Source: Burkholderiales bacterium
GTDB taxonomy: Bacteria; Pseudomonadota; Gammaproteobacteria; Burkholderiales; SG8-39
Direction of reading: 5' to 3'
Assembly (NCBI GenBank): GCA_035577785.1
Contig: DATLUZ010000297.1
Location: 7,802 to 71,801 of the forward strand
Length of the DNA: 64,000 bases
In this document: positions 16,692-25,728 of the stretch, in pieces
How positions within the stretch are numbered: position 1 is the stretch's first letter
How the letters are laid out: each line of letters starts with the position of its first letter
Program-made: the position numbers and the translations under genes
The notes under the pieces: model-generated
What the model was told of the DNA's origin: nothing
The model's database searches: none
Seen by the model: only the letters and a program-made list of their open reading frames with translations

Positions 16692-19600
16692 ATGGAAGCC
16701 AAGACGCAGCCAGCGAAGTCGGATCTCGCCCAGCGATTCGAGCGGCTTTATTACGCGGAGGTCGACCCCGAAGAGCTCGCCGCGCGCAGCGCCAGGGATC
16801 TCGCCGGGGCGGCCGCGAGCCACCTCGAGCTCGGCCGCAGGTTCGCCAGCGGCAAGTCGACGATCCGCGCCTACAACCCCACGCAGGGCCAGCACGGCTG
16901 GCAGAGCACCCACACCGTCGTGGAGATCGTCAACGACGACATGCCGTTCCTCGTCGACTCGGTGACGATGGAAGTGAACCGCCAGGGCCTCACCCTGCAT
17001 CTCGTGATCCATCCAGTGCTGAGAACCGTGCGGAACGCCGCGGGCGAGCTCGAGTCGGTGTCCGCCCCGGGCGAGTCTTCCGGGGGCCGGCTCGAGTCGT
17101 TCATGCACCTCGAGGTGGACCGCCGCACCGATCCGGCCAAGCTCGCCGAGCTCGAAGCGGGGCTCGCCAAGGTGCTGGGCGACGTGCGGGCCGCGGTCCA
17201 GGACTGGGGCGCGCTGAAGGGGCGCATGGCCGACGTGCTCGCCAAGCTGGACGAAGCACGCAACGGCGTCGACCGCGCCGAGCTCGAGGAGGGCCGCGCT
17301 TACCTCGAGTGGCTGATGAACGACCACTTCACCTTCCTCGGCTGCCGGGATTACGTCCTCGAGCGGGCAGAGAGCCAGGACGTGCTGCGCATCGTGCCGG
17401 GAAGCGGCCTCGGAATCCTGCGCGAGCGCGGCGAGACGCTGTCGGTGAGCTTCGCCGGCCTGCCGCCGGAGGCGCGCAAGCGCGCCCGGGTGAAGGAGCT
17501 CCTGGTGCTGATCAAGGCGAGCTCGCGCTCGACGGTGCACCGCTCGGGCCACCTGGACTACGTCGGCGTGAAGCATTTCAATGCCGCCGGCGAGGTGGCC
17601 GGCGAGACCCGCTTTCTCGGCCTCTACACGCACACCGTCTACGCCGAAAACGTGACCCAGGTGCCCATCCTGCGGCGCAAGCTCGCCGCGGTCGTCGAGC
17701 GCGCCGGGCTGCTGCCGGCGGGGCACAGCGGCAAGGCGCTCGCGTCGATCCTCGAGAGCTACCCGCGCGACGAGCTGCTGCAGATCAGCGCCGACGACCT
17801 CTACGCGCATGCGATGGCGATCCTGCAGCTCGGCGAGCGCCAGCGCCTGCGCCTGCTCGTGCGCCAGGACGCCTACTCGCGGTTCGTGTCGTGCCTCATC
17901 TTCGCGCCGCGCGAGCGCTACAACACGGAGCTGCGCCTGCGGTTCCAGCAGATCCTCACCGAAGCCTTCGACGGCGTCTCCTCCGAATTCGACGTCGACC
18001 TCTCGGCCTCCGCGCTGGGACGCATCCTCATGCGCATCGCCACCAAGCCGGGCGCGATGCTGCGCGCGCCGGACGTGAAGGCGCTCGAGAAGCGCCTGGT
18101 CGATGCGATGCGGCGCTGGGAGGACGACTTGCATGCCGCGCTGGTCGAGCGCCACGGCGAGGAGCACGCCAACCAGCTCTACGGGGTTTACGCCAGCGCG
18201 TTCCCCGCGAGCTACCGCGAGGAGTATGCGGTGCAGGACGCGGCCTGCGACATCGACATGATCGAGAGCCTCGATCCGAAGACCGACCTCGGCATGAACC
18301 TGCACGCAAGCGCTCGCGCGGAGCCCGGGACCCTGCGGTTCAAGATCTACCGCCGGGGCAGCCGGATTCCGCTCTCCGACACCCTCCCGATGCTGGAGCG
18401 GCTCGGCGTGCGCGTGCAATTCGAGCATCCGCACAGGGTCGAGCCCGCGGGCGCGCCGCCGGTGTGGGTGGTCGACTTCGGTCTGACGCCGCCCGCGGCC
18501 GCGCGGCCGCTTAAAGAGGTGCGCGACAGTTTCCACGAGGCTTTCTTCGGCATGTGGTCCGGCGCCGTGGAGGCGGACCCGCTCAACCGCCTGGTGCTCA
18601 CCGCCGGGCTCAAGCCGGCCGAGATCGTCGTGCTGCGGGCCTACGCGCGCTACCTCAACCAGACAGGCTCGGCGCTTAGCCTGTCGTACGTCGAGCAGGC
18701 GCTGGCTGGAAACCCGGCGGTGGCCTCGCTGCTCGTGCGTCTGTTCTTCTCCCGGTTTGATTTGAAGGGCAAGCACGACGAAGGCCGCTACGCCGCGGAA
18801 ATTGAAGCTGCGCTCGATGAAGTAGAAAACCTGGACGAGGACCGCATCCTGCGCAGCTTCCTCGCGGTCGTGCAGGCGACCACCCGGACGAACTATTTCC
18901 TCGAGCGGCCCTACCTCTCGTTCAAGCTCGACCCCAAGCGCGTCCCCGGCCTGCCCCAGCCGCGGCCGATGCACGAGATCTGGGTCTACTCGCCGCGCGT
19001 CGAGGCGGTGCATCTGCGCGGCGGGCCGGTCGCGCGCGGCGGAATCCGCTGGTCGGACCGCAGGGAGGACTTCCGCACCGAAGTGCTCGGCCTGATGAAG
19101 GCCCAGATGGTGAAGAACGTGGTCATCGTCCCGGTCGGGGCGAAGGGCGGCTTCGTCTTGAAGCGCGCCACGGCCGGCAACCGCGAGGCGCTGATGAAGG
19201 AAGGGGTGGCCTCGTACCAGACCTTCCTGCGCGGCATGCTCGACATCAGCGACAACCTGGCGGACGGGAAGGTGGTGCCGCCGCGCTGCGTGGTGCGCCA
19301 CGACGGCGACGATCCCTATCTCGTGGTGGCCGCGGACAAGGGCACCGCGACGTTTTCCGATTACGCCAACGCCATTTCGCAGGAGTACGGCTTCTGGCTG
19401 GACGACGCGTTCGCTTCGGGCGGCTCGGCCGGGTACGACCACAAGGCAATGGGCATCACGGCGCGCGGCGCGTGGGAATCGGTCAAGCGCCACTTCCGCG
19501 AGCTCGGCATCGACACGCAGGCGAACGAGTTCACCGTCGTCGGCATCGGCGACATGTCGGGCGACGTCTTCGGCAACGGCATGCTGCTCTCGCGCAAGCT

Positions 19601-21404
19601 CAAGTTGGTCGCCGCGTTCGACCACCGCCACGTATTTCTTGATCCGGCGCCCGAGCCGGAGAGAAGCTGGCAAGAAAGAAAAAGGCTGTTCGAGCTGCCG
19701 CGCTCCTCGTGGGGCGATTACGACGCGAAGCTGCTCTCGCAGGGCGGCGGGATCTTCCCGCGCAGCGCGAAGTCGATCGCCCTGTCTCCCGAGGTGCGCA
19801 AGGTCCTCGACGTCAAGGCGGAGGGGCTGACGCCGGGAGAACTGATCAGCGCGATCCTCAAGTCGCCCGTGGATCTCCTCTACAACGGCGGCATCGGCAC
19901 CTACGTGAAATCGAGCCGGCAGTCGAACGCCGACGTCGGCGACCGCGCCAACGACGCGATCCGGGTGAACGGCGCCGAGCTGCGCTGCCGCGTCGTCGCC
20001 GAGGGCGGCAACCTCGGCTTCACCCAGCTCGGGCGCGTCGAGTACGCCCTGAAGGGCGGCCGCATCAACACCGACGCCATCGACAACTCGGCCGGCGTGG
20101 ACTGCTCCGACCACGAGGTCAACATCAAGATCCTGCTGAACGCGGTGGTGCGCGAAGGCCGGCTCGCGCGCGCCGAGCGCGACAAGCTGCTCGCGGAGAT
20201 GACCGACGAGGTCGCGGCGCTCGTGCTGCGCGACAACTATTTCCAGACCCAGAGCCTGTCGGTCACGGGAACGCTCGCGCCCGCGCTGCTCGATGCGCAG
20301 GAGCGCTTCATCAAGACCCTGGAGAAGGCGGGCCGGTTGAACCGCGCGCTCGAGTTCCTGCCGAGCGACGAGGAGCTCGCCGAGCGCCGCGCCGCCAAGC
20401 TCGGCCTCACCTCGCCCGAGCGCGCGGTGCTGCTCGCCTACGCGAAGATCGCGCTCAACGACGAGCTGGTCGGCTCGAACGTTCCGGACGACCCGTGGGT
20501 CGCGACCGCGCTCGAGCGCTATTTCCCGACACCCCTGCGGGGCCGCTACAAGGCTCAGATCTACGCGCACCCCCTGCGCCGCGAGATCATCGCCACCCAC
20601 GTCGCGAACAGCATGGTGAACCGCGTCGGCAGCACCTTCGTGCACCGCATGCAGGAGGAAACGGGCGCCGCGGCTCCGGACGTGGTGCGCGCCTACCTCA
20701 TCGTGCGCGAGGTGTTCGGCTTCGTCGAGCTCTGGCGCGCGAGCGAGGCGCTCGACTACCAGGTGCCCGACCGCACCCAGACCGCGATGATCATCGACGG
20801 TCTGCGGCTCATCGTGCGCGCCACGCTGTGGTTCCTGCGGCATCGCGAGCGCCTCGTCGACATCGCAGGCTCGATCGAGCACTTCCGAATCGGAGCCGAG
20901 CACGTGGCGGCGCTCTTCCCGCAGGTCCTGCCGCCGATGGACCAGTTCGCCTACACCTCGGCGGCCGGACGGCTGGAGAAGGATCGCGTGCCGCGGGAGC
21001 TCGCCGCGCGGGTCGCGGGCCTGGACGCGATGTTCAACGCCCTCGACATCGTCGAGGTCGCCGACCGGTTGAAGCGCGACGTCGCCGACGTGGCGCGGGT
21101 GCACTTCGGGCTGGCGGGCGAGCTCGACTTTCCATGGCTGCGCGAGCGCATCGGCATCCTGCCGACCGAGAACCACTGGCAGACGCTCGCCAAGGCAGCG
21201 CTGCGCGACGACCTTTCCGGCATGCTGCGCGCGCTCACCGCCGACGCCCTGCGCGCCGGGGACGTCGCGACCTGGAAGGCGCGCAACGCCGTGCTGCACG
21301 AGCGCCTGAGGCAGATCCTCGCCGAGCTGCGCGCGGTGGAGTCGCCCGACCTCGCCATGCTCTCGGTCGCGATGCGCGAGCTGCGCAACCTCGCATCGCG
21401 CTAG
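16692..21404 (+). CDS. gdhB: NAD-specific glutamate dehydrogenase, large (about 180 kDa) type
   Basis: 1570 aa in the Bac_GDH family. The central catalytic region contains GGIRWSDR and VGAKGGFV motifs. Confidence 0.95.
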   Translation: MEAKTQPAKSDLAQRFERLYYAEVDPEELAARSARDLAGAAASHLELGRRFASGKSTIRAYNPTQGQHGWQSTHTVVEIVNDDMPFLVDSVTMEVNRQGLTLHLVIHPVLRTVRNAAGELESVSAPGESSGGRLESFMHLEVDRRTDPAKLAELEAGLAKVLGDVRAAVQDWGALKGRMADVLAKLDEARNGVDRAELEEGRAYLEWLMNDHFTFLGCRDYVLERAESQDVLRIVPGSGLGILRERGETLSVSFAGLPPEARKRARVKELLVLIKASSRSTVHRSGHLDYVGVKHFNAAGEVAGETRFLGLYTHTVYAENVTQVPILRRKLAAVVERAGLLPAGHSGKALASILESYPRDELLQISADDLYAHAMAILQLGERQRLRLLVRQDAYSRFVSCLIFAPRERYNTELRLRFQQILTEAFDGVSSEFDVDLSASALGRILMRIATKPGAMLRAPDVKALEKRLVDAMRRWEDDLHAALVERHGEEHANQLYGVYASAFPASYREEYAVQDAACDIDMIESLDPKTDLGMNLHASARAEPGTLRFKIYRRGSRIPLSDTLPMLERLGVRVQFEHPHRVEPAGAPPVWVVDFGLTPPAAARPLKEVRDSFHEAFFGMWSGAVEADPLNRLVLTAGLKPAEIVVLRAYARYLNQTGSALSLSYVEQALAGNPAVASLLVRLFFSRFDLKGKHDEGRYAAEIEAALDEVENLDEDRILRSFLAVVQATTRTNYFLERPYLSFKLDPKRVPGLPQPRPMHEIWVYSPRVEAVHLRGGPVARGGIRWSDRREDFRTEVLGLMKAQMVKNVVIVPVGAKGGFVLKRATAGNREALMKEGVASYQTFLRGMLDISDNLADGKVVPPRCVVRHDGDDPYLVVAADKGTATFSDYANAISQEYGFWLDDAFASGGSAGYDHKAMGITARGAWESVKRHFRELGIDTQANEFTVVGIGDMSGDVFGNGMLLSRKLKLVAAFDHRHVFLDPAPEPERSWQERKRLFELPRSSWGDYDAKLLSQGGGIFPRSAKSIALSPEVRKVLDVKAEGLTPGELISAILKSPVDLLYNGGIGTYVKSSRQSNADVGDRANDAIRVNGAELRCRVVAEGGNLGFTQLGRVEYALKGGRINTDAIDNSAGVDCSDHEVNIKILLNAVVREGRLARAERDKLLAEMTDEVAALVLRDNYFQTQSLSVTGTLAPALLDAQERFIKTLEKAGRLNRALEFLPSDEELAERRAAKLGLTSPERAVLLAYAKIALNDELVGSNVPDDPWVATALERYFPTPLRGRYKAQIYAHPLRREIIATHVANSMVNRVGSTFVHRMQEETGAAAPDVVRAYLIVREVFGFVELWRASEALDYQVPDRTQTAMIIDGLRLIVRATLWFLRHRERLVDIAGSIEHFRIGAEHVAALFPQVLPPMDQFAYTSAAGRLEKDRVPRELAARVAGLDAMFNALDIVEVADRLKRDVADVARVHFGLAGELDFPWLRERIGILPTENHWQTLAKAALRDDLSGMLRALTADALRAGDVATWKARNAVLHERLRQILAELRAVESPDLAMLSVAMRELRNLASR

Positions 21405-21416
21405 AGTCAACTGCGG

Positions 21417-21422
21417 TAGAAT
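21417..21422 (+). promoter_or_regulatory. TAGAAT -10-like hexamer upstream of gltI
   Basis: Lies 46 nt before ATG 21468. GGAGGAG SD is at 21454-21460. Confidence 0.3.
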
Positions 21423-21467
21423 TTTTCCGCTACGGAAGGATCCACCATCCCTCGGAGGAGCAAGAAA

Positions 21468-22373
21468 ATGAAGCGTGCATTGGCGCTGCTCGCCGCACTG
21501 GCAGCCGCGATCGCGGTTGCGACACCCGCGGCCGCGCAGGAAGGCACCCTCAAGAAGATCAAGGACGCGGGCGCGATCACCATCGGGCACCGCGACGGCT
21601 CGGTGCCGTTCTCGTACTACGACGACAAGCAGCAGCCCGTCGGCTATGCCATGGACCTGTGCGCGCGCATCGTCGACGCCGTGAAGAGCGAGCTCAAGGC
21701 GCCGAAGCTCGAGGTGAAGTACCAGCTCGTCACCTCGGCGAACCGCATCCCGCTGATGGCGAACGGCACCATCGACCTCGAGTGCGGCTCGACCACCAAC
21801 AACCTCGAGCGGCAGAAGCAGGTCGCCTTTACCATCACCCACTTCGTCACCGCCAACCGCTGGGTAGCCAAGCGCTCGGCCAGGATCAACAAGCTCGAGG
21901 ACCTGAAGGGCAAGACCATCGTCTCGACCGCCGGCACCACCAACATCAAGCAGATCACGGAGCTGAACGGCCAGAAGAACCTCGGCATGAACATCATCTC
22001 GGCGAACGGCCATCCCGAGGCGTTCCAGATGGTCGAGACCGGGCGCGCGGTGGCCTTCGTGATGGACGACATCCTCCTCTACAGCCTCGCCGCGCAGTCG
22101 CGCAATCCGAAGGACTATGCCATCTCGGCCGAGGCGCTCTCGGTCGAGCCCTATGGAATCATGCTGCGCAGGGACGATCCGGCGTTCAAGAAGGTGGTCG
22201 ACAACGCCATGATCCAGACCTACAAGTCGGGCGCGATCAACGCCATCTACGACAAGTGGTTCCAGAAGCCGGTGCCGCCGCGCAACATCAACCTCAACGT
22301 GCCGATGAGCGAGCAGTTCAAGAAGGTGATCAAGAACCCGACCGATTCGGGCGATCCCAAGGACTACCAATAG
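21468..22373 (+). CDS. gltI: Glutamate/aspartate ABC transporter substrate-binding protein
   Basis: 301 aa with a signal peptide, family-3 SBP, and strong SD. It is followed by gltJKL. Confidence 0.9.
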   Translation: MKRALALLAALAAAIAVATPAAAQEGTLKKIKDAGAITIGHRDGSVPFSYYDDKQQPVGYAMDLCARIVDAVKSELKAPKLEVKYQLVTSANRIPLMANGTIDLECGSTTNNLERQKQVAFTITHFVTANRWVAKRSARINKLEDLKGKTIVSTAGTTNIKQITELNGQKNLGMNIISANGHPEAFQMVETGRAVAFVMDDILLYSLAAQSRNPKDYAISAEALSVEPYGIMLRRDDPAFKKVVDNAMIQTYKSGAINAIYDKWFQKPVPPRNINLNVPMSEQFKKVIKNPTDSGDPKDYQ

Positions 22374-22390
22374 CCGCGTGCGGGCAAAGC

Positions 22391-22416
22391 AAAACGGGGA
22401 CTGAGGTCCCCGTTTT
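22391..22416 (+). terminator. Intra-operon hairpin/attenuator after the binding-protein gene
   Basis: aaaacggggac-tgag-gtccccgtttt forms an 11-bp stem. The only U-run is the four T that are part of the stem. This placement after the SBP gene is typical of ABC operons. Confidence 0.5.
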
Positions 22417-22443
22417 CACGTCGCGCATCTTCCGAGGGGAGAC

Positions 22444-23202
22444 GTGAAATACAGCTGGCACTGGCAGGTGCTGCTCGAGACCGAGCCTGGCGGCACCGGC
22501 ACCTATCTGCACTATCTGCTGGTGGGCCTGGGCTGGACGCTCGCCACCGCGCTCGCCGCCTGGGTGATCGCGCTCGCCCTCGGCGCGCTGGTCGGCACGG
22601 TGCGCACCACCACCGTGCGCTGGGCGGTGCGCCTCGGCAACCTGTACGTCGAGATTTTCCGCAACGTTCCGCTCATCGTGCAGATGTTCCTGTGGTTCTT
22701 CGTCGTGCCCGAGCTGCTGCCGGAGCGGCTCGGCGACTGGATCAAGCAGATGCCCCCGCCCTGGGGTTCCTACGTTCCCGCGGTGCTGTGCCTTGCGATC
22801 TTCACCTCGGTGCGCGTCGCCGAGCAGGTGCGCGCCGGCATCAATTCGCTGCCGCGCGGCCAGCGCATGGCGGGCACGGCCATGGGCCTGACGCAATCCC
22901 AGACCTATCGCCACGTCATCCTGCCGCAGGCGCTGCGCATCATCCTGCCGCCGCTCACCTCCGAGTTCATGAACATCATCAAGAACTCCTCGGTGGCCCT
23001 GACCATCGGCCTGCTCGAGCTGACCGGGCGGGCGCGGGCGATGCAGGAGTTCAGCTTCCGCGTGTTCGAGGCGTTCACCGCGGCGACGGTGATCTACCTC
23101 CTGACCAATCTGATCGTGGTGCTCGCAATGCGCGCGCTCGAGAAGAGCGTGCGCGTGCCGGGGTTGATCGCGGCCGGCGGCGCTCCTCAGGCAGGCCACT
23201 GA
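22444..23202 (+). CDS. gltJ: Glutamate/aspartate ABC transporter permease
   Basis: 252 aa with a GTG start after GAGGGGA and the polar amino-acid permease EAA-loop family. Confidence 0.9.
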   Translation: MKYSWHWQVLLETEPGGTGTYLHYLLVGLGWTLATALAAWVIALALGALVGTVRTTTVRWAVRLGNLYVEIFRNVPLIVQMFLWFFVVPELLPERLGDWIKQMPPPWGSYVPAVLCLAIFTSVRVAEQVRAGINSLPRGQRMAGTAMGLTQSQTYRHVILPQALRIILPPLTSEFMNIIKNSSVALTIGLLELTGRARAMQEFSFRVFEAFTAATVIYLLTNLIVVLAMRALEKSVRVPGLIAAGGAPQAGH

Positions 23203-23894
23203 TGTTCGCCGGCTACGACTTCGAGGTCATCCAGCGCTCGCTGCCCTACCTGTTCAAGGAGGGCATGGTCTTCACGTTGACGCTGACGGCGATCGCCGCG
23301 ACGGGCGGCATCGTCTTCGGCACGGCTCTCGCCATGATGCGCCTCTCGGCGCTCAAGTCGGTCTCGATGCTCGCCGGCGGCTACGTCAACCTGATGCGCT
23401 CGGTGCCGCTCGTGCTGGTGATCTTCTGGTTCTTCTTCCTCGTCCCCTACATCGGCGCCTGGATCATCGGCGCCAGGGAGCCGATCCGCGTCGGAGCGTT
23501 CCTCTCGGCGGCGATCACCTTCACCATGTTCGAGGCCGCCTACTACTGCGAGATCATGCGCGCCGGCATCCAGTCGATTCCGCGGGGGCAGGTGTGGTCG
23601 GGCTACGCCCTCGGCCTCAGCTACTGGCAGACGATGGGCCAGATCGTGCTGCCGCAGGCGTTCCGCAACATGGTCCCGGTGCTGCTCACCCAGACCATCA
23701 TCCTCTTCCAGGACACCTCGCTCGTGTACGTCATCTCGGCCACCGACTTCCTGGGCGCCGCTTCCAAGGTCGCGAACCGGGACTACCGCCTGGTGGAGAT
23801 GTACACCTTCGTCGCGGTGGTGTACTTCGTCGTTTCGTACTCGCTCTCCCTGCTGGTGAAGCGGCTTCAGGATAGGATTGCCATCCCCCGATGA
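23202..23894 (+). CDS. gltK: Glutamate/aspartate ABC transporter permease
   Basis: Tail of ORF 22692..23894 starting at ATG 23202 (TGATG overlap with gltJ), giving 230 aa ([17 protein letters not shown]...). Confidence 0.9.
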   Translation: MFAGYDFEVIQRSLPYLFKEGMVFTLTLTAIAATGGIVFGTALAMMRLSALKSVSMLAGGYVNLMRSVPLVLVIFWFFFLVPYIGAWIIGAREPIRVGAFLSAAITFTMFEAAYYCEIMRAGIQSIPRGQVWSGYALGLSYWQTMGQIVLPQAFRNMVPVLLTQTIILFQDTSLVYVISATDFLGAASKVANRDYRLVEMYTFVAVVYFVVSYSLSLLVKRLQDRIAIPR

Positions 23895-24619
23895 TTTCCA
23901 TCAAGAACGTGAGCAAGTGGTACGGCAGCTTCCAGGTGCTCGCCGACTGCAGCACCGAGGTCGCCAAGGGCGAGGTCGTGGTGGTGTGCGGTCCTTCGGG
24001 CAGCGGCAAGTCGACCCTCATCAAGACGGTGAACGCGCTGGAGCCGTTCCAGAAGGGCACGATCACCGTGGACGGCGTCTCGGTGGGCGACCCGAAGACC
24101 AACCTGCCGAAATTGCGCTCGCGCGTGGGCATGGTGTTCCAGCACTTCGAGCTCTTCCCGCACATGACCGTGACGCAGAACCTGACCCTGGGTCAGGTCA
24201 AGGCCCTCGGCCGCAGCGAAGAGGAAGCGCGGCAGAAAGGTCTCAAGCTTCTCGAGCGCGTCGGCCTGTCGGCCCACAAGGACAAGTATCCGGGCCAGCT
24301 CTCGGGCGGCCAGCAGCAGCGCGTCGCGATCGCGCGCGCTCTGTCGATGGACCCGATCGCGATGCTCTTCGACGAGCCCACCTCGGCCCTCGACCCCGAG
24401 ATGATCAACGAGGTGCTCGACGTGATGGTCGAGCTGGCGCGCGAGGGCATGACCATGATGGTCGTCACGCACGAGATGGGCTTCGCGCGCAAGGTTGCGC
24501 ACCGCGTCATCTTCATGGACGGCGGCCGCATCGTCGAGGACGCGGGCAAGAAGGATTTCTTCGGCAAGCCCCGCTCGGAGCGCGCGCAGGTCTTCCTCTC
24601 GAAGATCCTGCAGCATTGA
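23891..24619 (+). CDS. gltL: Glutamate/aspartate ABC transporter ATP-binding protein
   Basis: 242 aa with Walker [10 protein letters not shown], signature LSGGQQQR and an ATGA overlap with gltK. Confidence 0.95.
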   Translation: MISIKNVSKWYGSFQVLADCSTEVAKGEVVVVCGPSGSGKSTLIKTVNALEPFQKGTITVDGVSVGDPKTNLPKLRSRVGMVFQHFELFPHMTVTQNLTLGQVKALGRSEEEARQKGLKLLERVGLSAHKDKYPGQLSGGQQQRVAIARALSMDPIAMLFDEPTSALDPEMINEVLDVMVELAREGMTMMVVTHEMGFARKVAHRVIFMDGGRIVEDAGKKDFFGKPRSERAQVFLSKILQH

Positions 24620-24625
24620 GCCCGC

Positions 24626-25672
24626 TTACTGCAGGATTGCCTTGACCCGCTCCCAGTCGTTCGGATATAGGGCGAGCATGCCCGGCTTGTCGATGTCCAG
24701 CACCGAATAGTCGAGTGCGAGGAACTCGCGCCCGATTTCCTCCAGGCGCTCACCCAGTACCCGGGATGCAGGGTCGAGACGACGCACCACGCCCAAGCCG
24801 GTCGGCGCGGTTGCGATCACGTTCACGCTGAGGTCGGGGCGGTATTTCCTGAGCACCAGGACGAGACGCCAGGCGTCGCCGCTCCAGAATACCGTCTGCC
24901 GCTCTCTCTCGGCGGTGAGCCGGTTGAGCGGGTAACAGTCGTGAATCAATATGGTGGAGTCTGGGGCCGCGTGTTTTTCTATGTTGACGAAATCCCGCAG
25001 CGCGAATTCGAATCGGTGCATCCCGTCGATGAAGGCGAGGTCGATGGGCAGGCCTTCCAGATCGGCGCGAACGTCGCGAGTCGCGAAGTAGTCGTCGCTG
25101 GTCGTCGCGACGATGCTCGTGCGGGAGCCGAGCTGCATCTTGAGTTTCGGCGCGGGGTCGATACCGATCGCACGAGTCTCGGGCCGTGCCAGGGCGATCG
25201 ACTGACCCGTCTCGACGCCGATCTCCAGATAGGTACGCGGACGCAGGTGGGAATGGATCGCGGACAATACATCCAGGTAATAGGCACCAGGCAGGTCGAG
25301 ATTGGCGAGCACGGCGAACACCGGTTCGAATCCCGGATCGAGTGCCAGAGCCGCTTCAAGGCAGCGGCGCGTGGCCTCGATTCCGCCAAGCTTCAGATGG
25401 GCTACCGCGGCGTTGAACGCGTGCCGCGCGTCCTTCGGGTCGAGCCGGCGCACCTCCTCGAAATGCTGCAGCGCCTCGCCGTAGCGGCCGTTCTGAAAAG
25501 CGAATCCGCCCACGAAGTGGTGCGCCTGCACGTGCTTCGGGTCGTCACGCAGCACGCGCGCAAAGTGCTCGGCCGCGACCGCATGATTGCCCGCCTGCAA
25601 CGCTGCCAAGGCGGCCTCCAAGGCCGCCTTTCCCGCCGGCTCTGCGGAGCTCGGCCCTGGCATTTCTTTCAC
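24626..25672 (-). CDS. TPR-repeat protein fused to class I SAM-dependent methyltransferase (Methyltransf_24-like)
   Basis: 348 aa with about three N-terminal TPRs. The methyltransferase core follows: YLEIGVETGQS, DLAFIDGMHRFE and ILIHD. Start is GTG 25672 or ATG 25663. Confidence 0.8.
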   Translation of the reverse strand: MKEMPGPSSAEPAGKAALEAALAALQAGNHAVAAEHFARVLRDDPKHVQAHHFVGGFAFQNGRYGEALQHFEEVRRLDPKDARHAFNAAVAHLKLGGIEATRRCLEAALALDPGFEPVFAVLANLDLPGAYYLDVLSAIHSHLRPRTYLEIGVETGQSIALARPETRAIGIDPAPKLKMQLGSRTSIVATTSDDYFATRDVRADLEGLPIDLAFIDGMHRFEFALRDFVNIEKHAAPDSTILIHDCYPLNRLTAERERQTVFWSGDAWRLVLVLRKYRPDLSVNVIATAPTGLGVVRRLDPASRVLGERLEEIGREFLALDYSVLDIDKPGMLALYPNDWERVKAILQ

Positions 25673-25728
25673 TGTGCGTCCAACATGCGGCGACTAGCTT
25701 AGCGCAGGTGGGAAAATGAAGCCTGGTC

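Noticed and set aside
15660-22370. 2236-aa ORF on the minus strand, the longest in the track
   Set aside because: It runs antisense across gdh and gltI and through the Bug gene in another frame. All of those have clear family motifs. Its translation is Arg/Ala/Gly/His-rich low-complexity sequence. Long stop-free antisense frames are expected in GC3-rich genes.
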